The notes under the pieces are model-generated. The model was not told the DNA's origin and did not search any database. It saw only the letters and a list, made by a program, of their open reading frames with translations. Of a DNA stretch of 64,000 nt, positions 22,320-34,314 are shown piece by piece; the stretch's first letter is position 1; each line of letters starts with the position of its first letter. A program made the position numbers and the translations under genes. Source of the DNA: an uncultured Gemmatimonadales bacterium (GTDB lineage Bacteria; Gemmatimonadota; Gemmatimonadetes; Gemmatimonadales; GWC2-71-9); NCBI GenBank assembly GCA_963844035.1, contig CAWJMT010000005.1:160001-224000 (forward strand), read 5' to 3'.

Positions 22320-23293
22320 ATGCGTTTCCTCCAAGTCTCCATTCAATCCGAGCAGTACATCGGCGTAGTTGCCGAAACTCCGACCCCGGTTGCGGGACCC
22401 GGCGAGGTCCTGATCCGCGTCGCGGCCTCCGGTCTGAACCGCGCTGACCTGTCGCAGATCGCCGGCCGCTATCCGCCGCCCCCCGGCGAGTCCACCATCC
22501 TCGGCCTCGAAGTCTCGGGAGCGATCGCAACAACCGGTGAGCCGGTCTGCGCGCTCCTCGCGGGGGGCGGGCACGCCGAGTACGTGGCGGTGCCCGTCGG
22601 GCAGATCTTTCCGGCTCCCGCTGGGATGGAGGTGGCGACGGCCGCCGGCATTCCGGAAGCGTTTCTCACTGCCTTCGTGAACCTGGTGCTCGAGGGCAAC
22701 CTGCGCCCGGGCGGCACCGCGCTCGTGCATGCGGGGGCGTCCGGGGTCGGGCTGGCGGCGATCCAGCTGGCCAAGTTTCTCGGTGCACGGGTTGCCGCGA
22801 CCACGCGCAGCCGAGAAAAACTCCCCGCGCTCGAACGAGCCGGGGCGGACCTCGCGATCCACGCCCCCAACGACGACCTCGTGACCACCATCGAGTCGCA
22901 CTGGGGGGCGGGCGCGGTGAACGTGATCCTCGACCCGGTCGGAGCGGCAACGCTCGGTGCCGACCTGGCACTGCTCGCCACCGGAGGATCGGTGGTATTC
23001 CTCGCCACAATGTCCGGGGCCCGGGCGGAGCTCGACATCTCAGCGACTGATGAAACGGCGGGCACGCATCGTGGGTTCGACACTGCGGTCGCGCAGCCGG
23101 CCCGAGAAGGCGGCGATCGTGGCCCGGTTCCGCGATGAAATCCTGCCCGGGTTCGCGTCGGGACGGCTGAGCGTCACGGTCGACTCGGTGCTTCCCTCCC
23201 AACCGGGCGGCGGAGGCCTTTCAGCGGATGCGCGAGAACAAGAACACCGGCAAGATCCTGATCGACTGGGGAGGGCAGCAAAAAGCTCAGTGA
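22320..23293 (+). CDS. NAD(P)H-quinone oxidoreductase, PIG3 family (frameshifted)
   Basis: GLNRAD, YPPPPG, GLEVSG, HAGASGVG and GSTLRSR motifs. Confidence 0.9.
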
Positions 23294-23751
23294 GGCAGGC
23301 GAGGCCTCATCCAGCCGTAGGCGTAGGTCCCGGCCAGTGCCGCGAGCACCGGGACCAGGATGACCGTCAAGCCACTGCCGACCAGGGCGAACAGCGGACC
23401 CGGACAGGCGCCGGTAAACGCCCAGCCGATCCCGAACAGCGACCCGCCTGCCCAGTAGCGAACCCCGCGTCCCATCGCCTTCGGAGCGATCGCGATGTCT
23501 TCCCCGCGCAGCGTGGTTACGCGGTAACGCTTGATCAGGGCGATCGAGACGCCCGCTACGATGACCGCAGACGCGAGGATCCCATACATATGGAAGGACT
23601 GAAACCGGAACATCTCCTGGATACGGAACCAGGACACGGCTTCGGACTTCGTCAGCACGACGCCGAACAGGACGCCCAAAACAAAGTACAGGGTGAGATC
23701 GCGCGGGCCGTACCGGACGGGACGAGTGGGAGCGGCGAGGGTCGTCGTCAT
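23287..23751 (-). CDS. YeeE/YedE sulfur transporter subunit
   Basis: GGSLFGIGWAFTGACPGP motif. Confidence 0.9.
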   Translation of the reverse strand: MTTTLAAPTRPVRYGPRDLTLYFVLGVLFGVVLTKSEAVSWFRIQEMFRFQSFHMYGILASAVIVAGVSIALIKRYRVTTLRGEDIAIAPKAMGRGVRYWAGGSLFGIGWAFTGACPGPLFALVGSGLTVILVPVLAALAGTYAYGWMRPRLPH

Positions 23752-23761
23752 CGATCCGTCA

Positions 23762-24319
23762 TCACAAAATGCGCGGCAATAGGACGAAGGTCGCGAGCAG
23801 GCCGCCGGCAAAGAAGCCCAGCACGGCGACCAGGGACGGCCGCTCGAGGTTCGCGAGCCCGGCGATGCCGTGCCCCGATGTGCACCCTCCGGCATACGCT
23901 GTGCCGAAGCCGACGCAGAATCCACCGGCCACGAGCAACACAAGACCTCGCGCGCTCAGGACGCTTGACCAGGTGAACAGCTCGCGCGGGGCGAGGCCGG
24001 CGAAGTCGTGAATACCCAATGCCGCGAGATCGGCTTGTGTGGCGGCCGAGATGGCGACGGCGGGGGAGGCGAGCAGGTTGCCGCCGATGAACCCACCGAG
24101 CACCACGCCCGCGAGGAAGATGAGGTTCCACAGGCCGGCTTCTTTCCACTCATAGCGAAAGAATGAAACCCGTCGGGGGGCCAGCGCGGCGCAGAGGTGC
24201 CGCAGATTGCTCGAGATGCCGAGCGACTTGTTGTCCAGCACGAGGAGCGCGGGAACGAAAAGCCCGATGAGCGGACCGGCGACGTACCACGGCCACGGGT
24301 GGTGAAGTAGTGTTGTCAC
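23762..24319 (-). CDS. YeeE/YedE sulfur transporter subunit
   Basis: WPWYVAGPLIG and GFGT.YAGGCTSGHGI motifs. Confidence 0.9.
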   Translation of the reverse strand: MTTLLHHPWPWYVAGPLIGLFVPALLVLDNKSLGISSNLRHLCAALAPRRVSFFRYEWKEAGLWNLIFLAGVVLGGFIGGNLLASPAVAISAATQADLAALGIHDFAGLAPRELFTWSSVLSARGLVLLVAGGFCVGFGTAYAGGCTSGHGIAGLANLERPSLVAVLGFFAGGLLATFVLLPRIL

Positions 24320-24395
24320 CCGATGAACTTACCGCCCTTGCTTCGCAGCTTCCATCTTCGCAAACTCCCTGTCCCGTTCCCTCGGAGCTGACACC

Positions 24396-24927
24396 ATGAG
24401 CCCCCGATTCACAACGATCGCCGCGTGCTGCGGCGCTTTCTGCTTCACCAGCCTGCACGCCCAGAATCCCGTCACCAGTGCCACGCAGCGGCTCGCCACC
24501 CGCGCGGCCGGCCATCTGATCGGGGCCGCCGAGGAAATGCCGGCCGACAAGTACGGCTACAAGCCGACGCCCGCGCAGATGACGTTTGGCGAAGTGGTCG
24601 TGCACCTGGTGGAGGGAAACCGCGAGATGTGCGGGTGGGTGGCGGGCACAACGCCCGCCCAGCCGGCGAAGGTCACGCCGCAAGACACCAAGGAGACCCT
24701 GGTGCCGCAGCTCAAGCAGTCGTTCGACTTCTGTAGCACGGCGCTCAGCGGTGTGGACGACTCGAAGCTCGCCGACAGCGTTCCCTTCTTCGGCGGCAAG
24801 AAGGTGACGCGTGCGCTGGCGATGCTGGTCGCTGATCGACGACTGGGCGGACCACTACAGTCAGCTCGCGATCTACCTGCGCTTGAACGGGCTGCTGCCG
24901 CCCTCGGCCAAGAAGAAGCAGGGCTAG
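24396..24927 (+). CDS. Exported DinB-family protein (frameshift ~24838)
   Basis: AEEMPADKY.YKPT, F...V.H; in the shifted frame DHYSQLAIYLRLNG.LPP. Confidence 0.85.
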
Positions 24928-24935
24928 CGACGTCC

Positions 24936-25706
24936 GTGAATCGCGTGAAGGGCAAACTGGCGCTCGTGACGGGAGCGAGCTCGGGGATCGGCGCGGCGTG
25001 CGCGCGTCGTCTGGCCGCCGACGGCGCGCACCTGGTGCTGTGGGCGCGGCGGCGGGATCGCCTCACCGAGCTCGCCGCGGAGCTCGAGCGGGCGCACGGC
25101 ACCACGGTGCGGCTGGGAGCGGTGGACGTGCGCGAGCGCGCCGTGGTGAATCAGGCCGCGGCCGAGCTGGCCGCCGGCGGGCACGTTCCCGACATCCTCA
25201 TCAACAACGCAGGGCTGGCGGCGGGCCTGAACAAGCTGCACGAGGGCGACGTGGACGATTGGGATCGCATGATCGACACGAACCTGAAGGGCTTGCTGAA
25301 CGTGACGCGCGCCATCCTGCCGCACATGGTGGCGCAGCGGCGCGGCCACATCGTCAACATCGGCAGCACGGCCGGGCACATGTCGTATCCCAAGGGGAAC
25401 GTGTACAGCGCGACCAAGGCTGCGGTGCGCTCGCTGACCGACGGGATGAACCTGGACGTCGCGGGGACGCCGATCCGCGTGTCGAGCGTGGACCCCGGCT
25501 TTGTCGAGACGGAGTTTTCGGAGGTGCGGTTTCGCGGTGACGCGCAGCGGGCGAAGGCGGTGTACCACGGCTTCACGCCGCTCTCAGCGGCCGACGTCGC
25601 GGACGCGATCGCCTACGTCGTGAACCTTCCGGAGCATGTCAACATCATCGACCTGATCCTGGTGCCGACGGCCCAGCGGAACATCTACGTCGTAGATCGG
25701 GAATAG
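24936..25706 (+). CDS. SDR oxidoreductase (YdfG-like)
   Basis: TGASSGIG, NNAG, YSATK and PG.VETEFS motifs. Confidence 0.92.
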   Translation: MNRVKGKLALVTGASSGIGAACARRLAADGAHLVLWARRRDRLTELAAELERAHGTTVRLGAVDVRERAVVNQAAAELAAGGHVPDILINNAGLAAGLNKLHEGDVDDWDRMIDTNLKGLLNVTRAILPHMVAQRRGHIVNIGSTAGHMSYPKGNVYSATKAAVRSLTDGMNLDVAGTPIRVSSVDPGFVETEFSEVRFRGDAQRAKAVYHGFTPLSAADVADAIAYVVNLPEHVNIIDLILVPTAQRNIYVVDRE

Positions 25707-25763
25707 CCCCGCCCGTCAGGGCGGGCATGGCGACATCGATAGCCCCGCCGTGAGGGCGGGGCC
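25703..25763 (+). repeat. Two REP palindromes (G)ATAG-CCCCGCCC-GT(C/G)A-GGGCGGGG
   Basis: Copies at 25703-25726 and 25738-25761. Confidence 0.85.
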
Positions 25764-25788
25764 AGGGAATCAGGTCGGAGCGGTGGGG

Positions 25789-26227
25789 CTAGTCCGTCGC
25801 CCCATCCTCACGGATGGGGCGACCCGTTTGAGGGTGTCGGCCCTTCGGGCCTAGGTGGTGCGCCTCCTGGTTTCGGATGTACGCGATCAGATGCTCCTCC
25901 GAGAATCTCGACACCGAGAACGCGGAGTACCCTTGCTGCCAGGCAAACTGCCGCAGTCGCGGGAATGTCTCGTGGATCCAGCGCGATGAGTTGGCCTTGA
26001 GCGCGCTCACGAGCTGCGCGATGGACAGGTCGGCTGGGAGCGAGAGGTAGAGATGAACGTGGTCGCGGCATCCCGCCAGCGCAGATGAGCTTCGATCGCT
26101 TCCGTTGTGCCACCGCGCCGAAGTACCGGATACAGCCGATCCTGCCACTCCGGAGCGATCCAGGGCTGGCGCCGATACGTGCTCCACAGACGCAATGGAT
26201 GCGGACGCAGAGATAGGTGTGCGCCAC
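25789..26227 (-). mobile_element. tnpA: IS200-like/RAYT Y1 HUH transposase (about 3 frameshifts; possibly a pseudogene)
   Basis: Reconstructed HCVWST..R.P, DHVHL, KANSSRW, WQQGY.AFSVS and YIRNQEAHH; flanked by REPs. Confidence 0.88.
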
Positions 26228-26301
26228 GCGGACAACATTGATGGCGGTACGAGGCTCGACGCATCGTTTGGACGCCGGTCGGGTCAGAAAATTGCGAGAT
26301 C

Positions 26302-26328
26302 GATAGCCCCGCCCGTGAGGGCGGGGCC
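26302..26328 (+). repeat. REP palindrome, same family as 25703/25738
   Basis: GATAG-CCCCGCCC-GTGA-GGGCGGGG. Confidence 0.85.
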
Positions 26329-26358
26329 ACGCGAGGGACGAGGGTGGGAGAGCGGATC

Positions 26359-27124
26359 TCACGATCGCGCGAACAGCAGCAGCACGTCGTACAGCGCGTG
26401 GGTCCAGGCGGTGATGCCGAAGCCGCGCAACAGGTAGAGCGCGCTGAAGAACACGCCCGCAATCATCCGAAACACAAACGAGTAGAGCGTCAGGCGGTCG
26501 CCGTAGGCGCCGATGTAGTGCGCGGCGGAAAACAGCACGGCGCCGAGCAATGTGGCCCACACGCCCGCGACCGTGGCGCGCCATCCCAGCACCGTGTGCC
26601 CGATCCACGCGAGTGCGGTCACCAGGACCACGCGGAACAACAACTCCTCGTAGATCCCCGCACCGACCGACAACATGATGCGGCTGCCCCAGCCGAGGGT
26701 TTCGGCCGGGGCCTGCAGCATCATTGTCGGGTGGGTGCACGAGCTGCGACGTGAGCGCCGCGACGGCCATGCCGAAGCAGAACGCGAGCCCGCAGGACTC
26801 GACGAGCATCAGGGCGAACACGGTGCCCCGCAAACTGCCGCCATGTTTCCGCATGTCGCGCACAACCAGCCATAGACCGCCGGCGATGAGGCAAGTCATG
26901 AACAAGAGCGGGCCCTGACGTCCCACCAGGGCGACGAACAGGCTCTCGAGCACGACGTCGGCGCCGTTGCGGAGCGACCCCTGGCGCCCCACCGGCTCGA
27001 GGGTCGCGAGGACCTGGTACAGCACAAGCAGCGGGAGTGCGAACAGCAGGCTGTACCGGGGCGCCCGGCTCACCTCCCAGTACGAGGCGCGCCCGAGCAG
27101 GCTGCCGCGCGGCGTGGTTGCCAT
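26359..27124 (-). CDS. CPBP (Rce1-like) intramembrane protease (frameshift ~26725)
   Basis: EELLFR, FSAAHY and HALYD motifs. Confidence 0.88.
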
Positions 27125-27126
27125 TG

Positions 27127-29575
27127 TCAGGCTCCGGGTTTCTGCTCCTCGAGCCGCTGTCGCAGCCGAGTGACGGCTTTTTTCGTTTCAGGGTAACGGA
27201 GCGTGGGCTCGACGGCGCGCAGTTTCGCAATCGCGAGATCGCGCCGCAGGGTGGACCGGAAGGCCTGCAACACCCAGCGGCGCACATAGGAGCGCTCGTC
27301 GTCGAGGTGCTGACCCAGCACGTCGAGGGCCCGGGGGCTCCCGCGGTTCGCCAGCGCACCGAGCACATGCGGCGAGGCGCGCAGCTGCCCCATGGTCCCC
27401 TCGACCTGGCCGATGAAACTGGTGTCGTTCGACTGGGCGATGGCCCGCAACGCGGCCGTGGCGATCACGTCCTGGTAGGACGGCTGCGCGAGTCCGTGAG
27501 CGATCCACGCGCGCCGGTTGGTGGAATCGACGTGCGCCAGGGTCGCGACGGCGGCGGCCGCGCACCTGGTAGCTCGAGTCGGCGGTGAGGGCTTGCCGGG
27601 CGAGGGTGACGGCCCGGTCACCGCCGATCTCTCCGAGCGCCGCCATCGCGGCCTGCCGTACGTCGGCGGACGTGTCCCGCAGGGCGACTTCGACAGCGGG
27701 CAGGGCGACCGCGGGCGGGACGGCGGCGAGCGCCTCGACCGCGTGCGCCCGGGTGCGGAAGTAGTCCGCACCCGTCGCCGCCTGCACGAGCGCGGCGGCG
27801 GCGACCGTGTCGGCGCCGCGGGCAGCGAGCTGCTGAATCGCCCAGAGACGGTTCCACAAGTCGGGGTCGCGGCGCAGCTGGGCCGCGAGCCAGGCGGTGG
27901 GCTGCTCGAAGTTCAGCGTCTTGAGCAGCGTGTTGTCGTCGTCGAACACGACCATCGTGGGCGGCGTCGCGACGCCCGGGACGGCGATCGTCTGCTCGCG
28001 GGCATCGAGCATGACGCGCTTCACCACGTCGCCGGACGCAGTGCCGACGCGGATGGTGACGGGCATGCGGAACACGGCGGGCGTCGTGTATCGCAGGCCC
28101 GTGCTGTCGGCGGTGCTCGAGTCTACCTGCGTCTGTTGCACGGTCAGGTTGACTTGCCGGGCCGCCGAGTCGTACGCGGCGCTGACCGTGAACTGGGGAT
28201 AGCCGGCCTGGTAGACCCACTGGTCCCAGAACCAGTCGAGATTTTCGCCGGTCGCGAGCAGCACCGCCTGCCGGAAATCGTCCGTGGTGGCGTTGCCCAG
28301 CGCGTGGCGCGTGAGGTACGCGCGCAGCGACGCCCAGAAGCGCTCGGGGCCGAGGTAGCGCTCGAGCATCCGCAGCACCAGCGCGCCCTTGGGGTAGATG
28401 TTGTTCGACGCGAGCGCGGCGAGCGGCATACGGCGCCGCGCGTCGATGTCCATGAACTGCGCGTACTCGTCCAGGTAGTAGTCGTCTTCCGCGCGCGCGC
28501 CGAGCTTGACGCGCCAATACTGTCCCGGCATGTACTCGGCGAACCCTTCGTTGAGCCACATGTTCGCCCAATCGGCGGTGGTCGTGTAGTCGCCGAACCA
28601 CTGATGCGCGAGCTCGTGGGGGATCAAGACCCACAGGAACCAGGGCCGATCCTGGTAGGCGCGCGCGTCGGGGAGCCAGTCCACCAGCGTCGTGGCGCTC
28701 ACGTTCTCCATGCCGCCGAAGAAGTCGGCGACGGTGGTCTGGGCGTACTTCGCCCACGGATACTTGACCCCCGTGAGGCGCGAGAACACGTCGATCATGT
28801 CGGGGGTGACCCGGAACAGCTGCCGGGCGCGCGCGGTGTCTTCGGGATAGACGTAGTAGTCCACGGGGATGCCGCGCCACGAGTCGGCGAGCCGCGTGAG
28901 CGGCGCGACGATGAGGGACACCAGGTAGGTCGAGCTGGGCAGATCCTGGCTCCACTCCACGGTGCGGGTGCCGTTCGTGTTGCGGCGGTCGAGCACCAGC
29001 CGGCCATTCGAGACGACCGAGTATTGCGCCGGCACCGTCACCCGCATGGCCCAGGTCGCGCGGTCGTTCGGGAAGTCGTACGTGGGGAACCAGTAGTGGT
29101 TGTTCATGTCTTCGCCCTGGCTCCAGATCTGCTGCGGGCGGTGCGGCTGTCCATCGGTGGTGATGAACGTCAGCCCGCGGCCGCTTTCCACTCGGCCGCG
29201 GTACTCGATCGTGAACCGCGCGGTGTCGCGGAACGCGACCGGTTTGGCGGGAAAGACCACGAGCGTGTCGCCGTGCGTCGCGAAGCGCAGGGTCGACCCC
29301 GCGGCGCCGGTGACGCGGCGGATCGTGAGCAACTTTCCGGCGTCGAGGATGATCGAGTCCAGGCCGGGCCGCAGGGCGATCAGGGCCGTCGTCACGCGGC
29401 CGTTGAACGCGGTCGAGTCCCAATCGAAATCCCACAGCTCGATGCGCTGGTGCACGAGATCGTAGTCGTGCGAGCGCACGTAGGCACCCTGCGACACGCG
29501 GACTGCGTTCGACTGCGCGGTGAGGGGCGCAGCCAGGAGGACGCAGCAGGCGATCAGTCGGGCGTAACGGGGCAT
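27127..29575 (-). CDS. M1 family aminopeptidase with C-terminal HEAT repeats (frameshift ~27560)
   Basis: GGMEN, HELAHQWFG...WLNEG and YPKG motifs; signal peptide. Confidence 0.93.
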
Positions 29576-29682
29576 CGGCGGACCAGGAGAATGACGTGAG
29601 TGATGGTGGACGTCGGAGAATCTAGTGGGCGGGTAGGCGGGAGGGCGGGAGGTACCACGCGATTCCCGCGTCGGTCATGGGG

Positions 29683-31288
29683 CTACGCGCCTTCCCGGCT
29701 ACCCGCCTTCCGCCTGACATCCCGCAGGATCTCCCGCGCCGCGTTGTAGCCGCACGCACCCATCACCCCGCCGCCGGGATGCGTCGCGGCGCCGCACAGA
29801 TAGAGCCCGCGGATCGGGGTGCGGTAGTCGGCGTAGCCGGGGAGCGGGCGCTGGAAGAACAGCTGGTTCAGGGTCATGGCTCCCTGAAAGATGTTGCCGC
29901 CGGTCAGCCCGAAGCGCCGCTCCAGATCGAGCGGCGACAGCACCTGCCGATGAATGACGGCGCGCTTGATGTTGGGCGCATACTCGGCCAGCACATCGAG
30001 GCAGCGGTCGGCGAACGCCTCTTTGCGGTCGTCCCAGCTGCCGTCCCGCAGGGCGTAGGGCGCATACTGCACGAACATCGACATCAGATGCTTCCCCGGC
30101 GGGGCCACGGTGGGGTCCACCACCGACGGAATGGTGCACTCGAGCACGGGGGACTCGGAGGGACGGCCGTACTTCGCGTCGTCGTAGGCGCGCTCCACGT
30201 AGTCGAGGGTCGGCGCGATGTGAATCGTGCCGCGGTGCTGCGGGCCGGGCGCCGTGCCCGGGAGACAGGTGAAATCCGGGAGCTCGGAGAGCGCCACGTT
30301 GATCTTGAGCGACGCGCTGGCGTAGTCCACGTTCCGCACCGCCGCGACGAACTCCGGGTCCAGCTCCGGCGGGGTCGAGCAGCTTGAGGAACGTCACGCT
30401 CAGGTCGGCGTTCGAGACGACGCGCGACGCGCGGAATTCCGTGCCGTCCTCCAACACCACGCCCGTCGCCTGGCCCTCGCGCGTGAGGATCCTCGCGACC
30501 GGACTCGCCACACGGATCTCCACGCCGCGTTCGCGGGCGGCGGCCGCGAGGGCCTCGCTGATGCCGCCCATCCCGCCGCGGGTGTAGCCCCACACGCCGC
30601 GCACGCCGTTCGTCTCGCCCATCACGTGGTGAAACAGCACGTACGCCGTGCCCGGCATGGACGGCGAGGCCATCGCGCCGATGATCGCGTCGGTCGCGAG
30701 CGTGACCTTGAGCTGCTCCGACTCGAACCAGCGGTCGAGGATCGGCCGTGCCGCCCCGGTCAGGATCTCGAGGGCGCGCGGGCCGTCGGCGCCGAGGCGC
30801 GAGAAGCGCCAGGCGAGGGCGGCGAGGCGCACCAGGTCACGCGGCCGGAGCGACCAGGGGTTGGGCGGAGTCTCGAGCAACGTCGGCTCGACAAAGCGGG
30901 CGATGCGCTCGAGCATCGCTTCGTAGCGGGGCAGGGCGTCGGCATCCCGGGCGGAGAACTTCGCGATCTCGCGCCGCGTGAGGGCTCGATCGGGGCCCAT
31001 CATCAGCGAGCGACCGTCGGGGAAGGGCGTGAACGAGGAGGGATCGCGCGGCAGCAGCTCCAGGCCGTGGCGGGCGAGTCCCAGGTCGCGAATGATCTCG
31101 GGGCGGAGCAGGCTGTTCACGTACGCGGCGGTGGAGACGCGGAAGCCCGGCCAGACTTCCTCGGTGACGCACGCCCCGCCGACGACGTCGCGCCGCTCGA
31201 GCACCAGCACCCGCTTTCCCGCGCGCGCGAGATAACCGGCCGTGACGAGGCCGTTGTGGCCGGCGCCGATGATGATGACGTCGAACAA
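29683..31288 (-). CDS. Phytoene-desaturase-like FAD oxidoreductase (PYROXD2-like; frameshift ~30365)
   Basis: IGAGHNGL, GGMG and LYLCGA.THPGGGVMGA.G motifs. Confidence 0.9.
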
Positions 31289-31303
31289 GGAAACCGACGC
31301 TTA

Positions 31304-32418
31304 CTACGGTCGCGGCGCCTCGACCAACAGGTCGGCCAGCTCGGGTGGGAGGCCCGGGGGGAACACCTCCTCGGCCGGTACCGTGATGAGCTCCGGCCTG
31401 GGACCCGGCCGCCCGTCGCGGCCGACCGGGCCGGGCGCGCCCTTGCGACCCGCGACACCGGCCACCGCATCGGCGCACCGGGTGTTGTCACTACTGTTGA
31501 CGCCCTGACCGCCCTTTCCTCCGTCGCCCCCCGCGCCAGGAGGACCGCCGGGCCCTCCCGGACCACCGGGCGAGCGCGCCACGACGAGCCCGGCGAGGAA
31601 CGGCTGCTCTTCGGGGACGACGATCGTCACCGACCGCCCCGCCCGCCGGGCGCGCCAGGTCCACCATCGCCGCCGTCTCCACCGGGTCCGCCGGCCTGCG
31701 CCGGGCATCCCGACGCACCGGTGCGCCCGTCACGGCCGCGGGTTCCCTGGCTTCCCACACCTCCCCGTCCACCGCGCGATTCGATCGCCAGCCAGTCGGC
31801 GGGGGGGATGGTCCGGGCGTCGTACAACAGATAGAAGGGGGGAGCGATCCCGACTTCGACGCTCGCGACCAGGAGCTTTTCGTAGAACGGAGAATGTCCC
31901 ATCCCGAGTCGTACGATCACATCGGGGCCGTTCAGGCCGCCCTGCATCGCGTCGCCCCCGCCGCCCGCGAACGCGAACGCGTGCGGCATGCAGCTGTAGT
32001 CGGGCGCCACCTCCACGGTGTGCGTGATGCTCGGTTTCGCCTTGAGCGTCGCGGTGAGCCGGAAGCCGTGGGCCGCCGACGCGAGCGGGTCACCCGACGT
32101 GACCCAGTTGCCCTGTTGTGTGCCCCCCGCTTCCGGGCTCGAGTAGCTCAGGAAGACCACGTGGAGGCGTGGCGGATGCTTCTTGTCGTACGACGTGATG
32201 AACGGCACGCGGGTGCCGTCGTCGATCACCGCCTGGTACGAGGCCTGGATCATCCCGCCCGGGCACACCGAGTTCTGCATCAGGGTGATTTCGATGTCGC
32301 GGATGTGTGCCAGGAGCCCCGGGTCGGGAGCGAAGTCGGCGGGAGGCGCATGCGAGCATGCGGCGACCAATGCCGCCAGCGGGAAGAACAGCCACGATCG
32401 ACCGAGCAATTTTGCCAT
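31304..32418 (-). CDS. Lipoprotein with Gly-X-Y (collagen-like) segments (frameshift ~31640)
   Basis: LVAAC lipobox; GG.GG.G and G-X-Y runs. Confidence 0.7.
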
Positions 32419-32515
32419 ACCCTACAGTAGAAGTTGCCCTCGAACGCGCAAGCGGTGCGGCGTGCCGGCGGGTGCCGCCTTGCCGGCGTACCCGGGCGGG
32501 CCGTAGGTTGGCGCG

Positions 32516-33175
32516 ATGGTACCGGTAGGTCTCATCGAGACCATGCGCGTGCGTGAGGGACGGATTCCGTTCCTCGATCGTCACCTCGCCCGGCTCGCGC
32601 GCTCACTCGACACGCTCGGCATGCCGCGTCCGTCCCGGGACCTCGCCAAGCTGGTCACACCGTTCGCAGGCACCGGGGACGCCGTGCTCCGGCTGGAGGT
32701 GTGCGAGGGCCGCGCGGCGGTGACGGTGCGCGAGCTGCCGTCGCTCGATCCACCGGCGGTGATCACCGCGTCCGAGCCCCATGCGCCGTATCCCCACAAG
32801 ACCACGGAACGGGACTGTTTTGCGGATGCCGCGCGCGAGGCCGTCGTCGCCGAGGCGGACGACGCACTGCTGCTCACGCATGAAGGATGGGTCGCCGAGG
32901 GAACGGTGTGGAGCGTGTGCTGGTGGGAGGGAACTGGGCTGCAGACGGTGCCGCTCGCGCTCGGAGTGCTCCCGGGGATCGGGCGGGCGCGTGTGATCGA
33001 GTTGACGCGGGTCGAGGAGCGGCGCTGCGCGCGCTCGGAGCTCGAAGGGAAGGGGCTGCTACTCGTGAACGCGGTACGCGGCGTGGTGCCGATCGCGTCG
33101 CTCGACGGGGAGCGCGTGCCGGAGGACGCGCGCACGGAGGACCTCGCGCGACGCTTCTGGCCGGCACCGGCCTAG
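32516..33175 (+). CDS. Aminotransferase class IV (PabC-like)
   Basis: ETMR, HLARL..S, HKTT, EG and LPGI.R motifs. Confidence 0.85.
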   Translation: MVPVGLIETMRVREGRIPFLDRHLARLARSLDTLGMPRPSRDLAKLVTPFAGTGDAVLRLEVCEGRAAVTVRELPSLDPPAVITASEPHAPYPHKTTERDCFADAAREAVVAEADDALLLTHEGWVAEGTVWSVCWWEGTGLQTVPLALGVLPGIGRARVIELTRVEERRCARSELEGKGLLLVNAVRGVVPIASLDGERVPEDARTEDLARRFWPAPA

Positions 33176-33489
33176 CGCGACAGGATCCAACTCACAATCG
33201 CCGTGACGTCGGCGTCGGCCAATTTCGGAAACGCCGGCATTGGGGTAGGCCCCCACACCTTGGCGCTGCCCTTCTTGATTCGTTCGGCGAGCAGCGCCGG
33301 GGCGTCTGCGTCCTTGCCGTATTCCGCCGCCATTTTCTTGAACGACGGGCCGGCACTCTTGGCGTCCAGTTTGTGGCACACGGTACAGCTATGCTTCTTG
33401 AGCAGGGCCTCCACGTCTTGCGCATGGGCGGGTGTGGCGGCGAGACCTGCAGCACAGGCAAGGATGGCGGCGGTGGCGACGATTCTCAC
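33172..33489 (-). CDS. Cytochrome c551/c552
   Basis: Signal peptide, CTVCH, GPSF and WG..PMP motifs. Confidence 0.92.
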   Translation of the reverse strand: MRIVATAAILACAAGLAATPAHAQDVEALLKKHSCTVCHKLDAKSAGPSFKKMAAEYGKDADAPALLAERIKKGSAKVWGPTPMPAFPKLADADVTAIVSWILSR

Positions 33490-33602
33490 AAGGACTCTCC
33501 TGGACGAGGTGAGCTGGGGAAGAGTACCACGGGGCGCTATTCGCGGATAGATTGGTGGCGCGTCGCGGGTCGACCCCGGCGTAGGTCGTTGCTGGACAAC
33601 AT

Positions 33603-33677
33603 GGTGGCTGTAGCTCAATTGGTTAGAGCGCCGGACTGTGGCTCCGGAGGTTGCGGGTTCAATCCCCGTCAGCCACC
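33603..33677 (+). tRNA. tRNA-His(GTG) with encoded G-1
   Basis: G-GTGGCTG/CAGCCAC-C; anticodon arm ccgga-ctGTGgc-tccgg. Confidence 0.97.
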
Positions 33678-33761
33678 CCTTGGGCGGTTAGTCGGTCAGG
33701 CGGGCAGCCGGTGCGGCGCTTCCGGTTCTCCACTCAATTGGCGGTGAGCGGTGGCTGACTG

Positions 33762-34282
33762 ATGAAGCCGGCATTCATCACGCTTGCACTGTTCGCAACC
33801 GCGTTCGCCTCGACACTGACCGCACAGGTGGAGGAGGGGGATGCACGGAAGACCCTCGCCGGCCTGCGGGGCGTCTACGTCTCGGTCGTGCCGGTGGTGG
33901 AACAGGCCCCAAAGAACGCGGCTCGTGGCGGAGCAGATTCAGGCCGAGGTGGAGACGCAGGTGCGGCAGGCCGGCATTACGGTGCTCAAGAAGGACGACC
34001 TGCGTCGCACGCCCGGGATGCCGTACCTCTTTGTCCTGCCAATCGTCCAGCGCCCGGACTCCGCCGGCAAGCCGGTACCCGTACCGCGTCGAGGTCGAGG
34101 TCTTCCAGCTGGTGGTGCTCTCCCGGAACCCCGACGTGTTTGCCCTCGCCCGCACCTGGAATTCCAAGGGTGGTCTCGGCACGGCGGCGGAAGAGAATCT
34201 CGTCACGTCCATCAAGGACGCGGTGCGGACCATGACGGACCAATTCATCGCGGCGTACCTGGACGCGAATCCCAAGCACTAG
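33762..34282 (+). CDS. Hypothetical exported protein (frameshifted)
   Basis: Signal peptide, TLAGLRGVYV and C-terminal DQFIAAYLDANPK across frames. Confidence 0.65.
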
Positions 34283-34314
34283 CCGACCGAACCCGAACCT
34301 CACACAGGAGACGG

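Noticed and set aside
24396..25706. DinB-SDR fusion (436-aa ORF)
   Set aside because: The DinB C-terminal motif and stop (24927) are in another frame; the fusion arises from an indel near 24838.
25789..26227. IS605 element with TnpB/IscB and omega RNA
   Set aside because: No RuvC-type ORF next to either tnpA.
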